Of a stretch of 64,000 nt of DNA, positions 61,641 through 64,000 are shown in pieces (position 1 is the first letter of the stretch; each line of letters begins with the position of its first letter). Origin of the DNA: Candidatus Bathyarchaeota archaeon. Its GTDB lineage: Archaea; Thermoproteota; Bathyarchaeia; 40CM-2-53-6. Position numbers and translations under genes: made by a program. The stretch covers positions 30,439 to 94,438 of the forward strand of contig CAVPLU010000006.1 of assembly GCA_963706285.1 (NCBI GenBank), read 5' to 3'. The notes beneath the pieces are model-generated. The model searched no databases. It was given only the letters and a program-made list of their open reading frames with translations, and was not told the origin of the DNA.

Positions 61641-62596
61641 GACCACTGGATCTCTGTCCTCAATTGCGACAGTTCGTCTGTCTGGCTGTATCGAATTGTT
61701 GATGGAGCACTGTTGGGTGATACTACGATGTTACGCGGTTCCAAAACCTCCTTCGGTACCTCTATCTCTGGATGGCGGCTGAGCTGTGAGCATCAGGAAA
61801 GCGGCCAGAGAGGCTCATGAAGCGATTGTGGAATGAAGGTGGGCCGCGCCAATTCAGCGCAACGGCGAAGCAACGGTGTAGATCGCTGCCTTGAGACCAG
61901 AATTCCCCGCGTATGTTCTTGGACGTGGCAATTCCTAAGGCATTGTTTTATGGCGTATCAGGTGATTTCGGAATGCCATTTTTGCAGTCTCAGGACGAAA
62001 TCTTCTCGGCCTCCTGTCTGAAACTCTTCACAAGTTCTTGCAGCCAGACGCGAAGGCGTTGGATTCTTCTTCTCTGTTTTCGCGTGACTTGGCTGACATG
62101 CGTAGTTCACGAGCGAGAAAGAGGAGTATTCAGTGACCTAAGATGACCAGTGATATGGCGGTCAGATGCGATCTGATACCGTGAGAGCTGCAAACAGTCC
62201 GTGCCTTCAAGAACTGTTGATGAAAAATAGCTTGGAGACACATCACTACTCGGCTCTCGTACGAATGTACTTCTGCCTAGATCGAAACCAGCTTCAATTG
62301 AGAGCGAGACTCGTAAGGAGTGGAAAAGCGATCAAAAGGGTGGTCAACGTCTCCAACATTCCCATCATAGTGTAGCAGCTATTTTGAGCTGGGCAAACAC
62401 TCGGTTCTATGTGCGTTGTCGTAGTCGGAGTAATAGATTACGTAGTCGGGCTAGAATGAGGGAAGCATAAGGCCTCCGAGCTTAGATCGCAAACACTTCA
62501 GAAGTAGGCCTTGACGACGCTATGAAGATAGGAGTGTGATGTGTGGGCCTTCGGCTCGCCTTACGAGACAGTAGGCTTTGTGGGTGTGTTTCAGTC

Positions 62597-63097
62597 CTAG
62601 ACGCTTCGGACTACTCTAGTTACCTGCTTCCTGTAGTCTATGGTTGTTGCTATCCCCCAGTCTTTTCCTCTACTTGGATCAAGAGAGGCGGAGGCGCTTA
62701 TGATTTCAACTTCCTCGGGACCGGCATTTCTGCCCAGAGGTTGATTCAGACAAGTTTCAACAAAGCGTTTCAAGATCTCTATCGGGATAGCCTCCATAGG
62801 GATTCCCTGTTTCGCTTCCTTGTCTTCGAAGGAAGCAAGGCTGCGTTCCAGTTCACTCGTCTCGATTCTAACAGTTGACCCGTCGAAGGAGCGACCGGGG
62901 CTGTAGGTTAGCTCAAGATCTGTGCGGTCTTTCTCTTTCTCCTTGCTGAAAGGGCAGACCGACACGAAATCTTCTATTCTCAAGTGAGTTTTTCCGTCAG
63001 CGGATGCCTCCTCATGCACCCTCACCATCTCTCTTATTCTCCTGCGTACAATGAGTGATGTTTCTGTTCTTAGGTGGTACCTATCCGGAGGACTCAA
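62597..63097 (-). CDS. Hypothetical protein
   Basis: 166-aa ORF with protein-like composition; no recognised motif. Confidence 0.45.
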   Translation of the reverse strand: MSPPDRYHLRTETSLIVRRRIREMVRVHEEASADGKTHLRIEDFVSVCPFSKEKEKDRTDLELTYSPGRSFDGSTVRIETSELERSLASFEDKEAKQGIPMEAIPIEILKRFVETCLNQPLGRNAGPEEVEIISASASLDPSRGKDWGIATTIDYRKQVTRVVRSV

Positions 63098-63197
63098 GCT
63101 ACAGGTTTTTGCCCGATATCCGTTTGCTCGTTCTGTTGTGGAAGGGCTAATATAGATTCAAGATATCTCTAGATTTCAAGTAGGATTGAGTATCGTT

Positions 63198-63755
63198 ATG
63201 GCAAGTTTGAATTATCAAGGGATCGGGCCTAGACTCGTCGCGCAGATAATTGACGGAATAGTCCTCATGATCCTATACTTCGTGCTAGGTGCAGCCGCGT
63301 TCGGCGCCTTGACTTTCAATGTTTTCGGCGTTGCGGCGCTTGGCTTCATGGGTGCCTATGGACTAGTGTTCCTCCTGTACTTCATCGTGCTTGAGGGCTT
63401 CTTCGGGGCAACGGTCGGTAAGATGGTCACAAAAATCAAAGTCGTGCAAGAAGACGGCTCACCATGCGGCCTTGTTCCGTCCGTCGTGAGAAATCTGCTT
63501 CGAATTATCGACGGGCTACCATTCCTATACATAATCGGAATAATCCTCATGTCAAGATCAGACAAGAAACAAAGACTCGGTGACCGTCTCGCGAAAACCG
63601 TTGTCATCAAACCTTCACAGTCACCTTCCATTCCCATGCCCATGCAGGCGCCAGCAATCCCTCCACCTCCTCAGGCCAAGACGTTCTGTACAAACTGTGG
63701 GGCCGAATTGTTAGGACGTCCCGGTTTCTGTCCAAAGTGCGGCGCTAAGCAGTAG
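63198..63755 (+). CDS. RDD-family membrane protein with a C-terminal zinc ribbon
   Basis: 'RLVAQIIDG', 'GATVGK', 'QRLGDRLAKTVV', 'CTNCG...CPKCG'. Confidence 0.9.
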   Translation: MASLNYQGIGPRLVAQIIDGIVLMILYFVLGAAAFGALTFNVFGVAALGFMGAYGLVFLLYFIVLEGFFGATVGKMVTKIKVVQEDGSPCGLVPSVVRNLLRIIDGLPFLYIIGIILMSRSDKKQRLGDRLAKTVVIKPSQSPSIPMPMQAPAIPPPPQAKTFCTNCGAELLGRPGFCPKCGAKQ

Positions 63756-64000
63756 CGAAGCTAGCGCACGGCATCCGAGATAGCCAGTGTGGGTGCTCTG
63801 CCCACATACTGGCACCTAGTCCGCCTATTCTCTAGGCATGTCTTATTCCAAACGATCCACAGAGATTCTACCATTCTGGGTCGCGATGCAATCGCATCTC
63901 GTGACTGAGCTTCCAGAGTAGCTCGGAAGGAGAGTTCAATGATTCAGAATTCGACTCCTCGTAGACCTATCGAAAACTCTTCGCGCCCGCAGATCTCTAA

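Noticed and set aside
61700-62560. Further defence or mobile genes after the TIR-like ORF
   Set aside because: Only short ORFs without motifs; no integrase or transposase signature
1-64000. Numerous 60-240 aa ORFs antisense to or nested in the called genes
   Set aside because: Shadow frames of well-supported genes with no independent motifs

Overview
Archaeal chromosomal window, TACK-type and most consistent with Bathyarchaeia (an inference from gene style, not from a database search). Many single-base indels break otherwise intact genes and look like long-read consensus errors. Gene content in order: a 2-oxoacid/acetoin dehydrogenase E1a/E1b/E2 cluster; two Zn-dependent dehydrogenases; a biotin-dependent carboxyltransferase trio plus birA, resembling transcarboxylase 12S/5S/1.3S; an ABC exporter; an ~18 kb aerobic-respiration/TCA block (Rieske, cytochrome b, CuA subunit II, probably fused heme-copper oxidase subunits I+III, subunit IV, heme O synthase, a second Rieske, SdhABCD, citrate synthase, IDH, aconitase, a Rieske-FMN hydroxy-acid dehydrogenase fusion, a UbiA/MenA prenyltransferase); tungsten-type AOR, hisS, a non-catalytic tRNA splicing endonuclease subunit, mtnA, hypFCD, a 2-oxoacid:ferredoxin oxidoreductase, malic enzyme and housekeeping genes; and an accessory region after a tRNA. 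The most striking signal is absent from the ORF track. All three tRNA genes are highly fragmented, and each intron has its own bulge-helix-bulge (BHB) motif: tRNA-Leu(UAA) has 3 introns, tRNA-Arg(UCG) has 3 and tRNA-Arg(CCU) has 4, with exons as short as 7-8 nt. Other notable points are a His-to-Lys heme-ligand change in cytochrome b, loss of the K-channel lysine in the A-type oxidase, and the Rieske-FMN dehydrogenase fusion.
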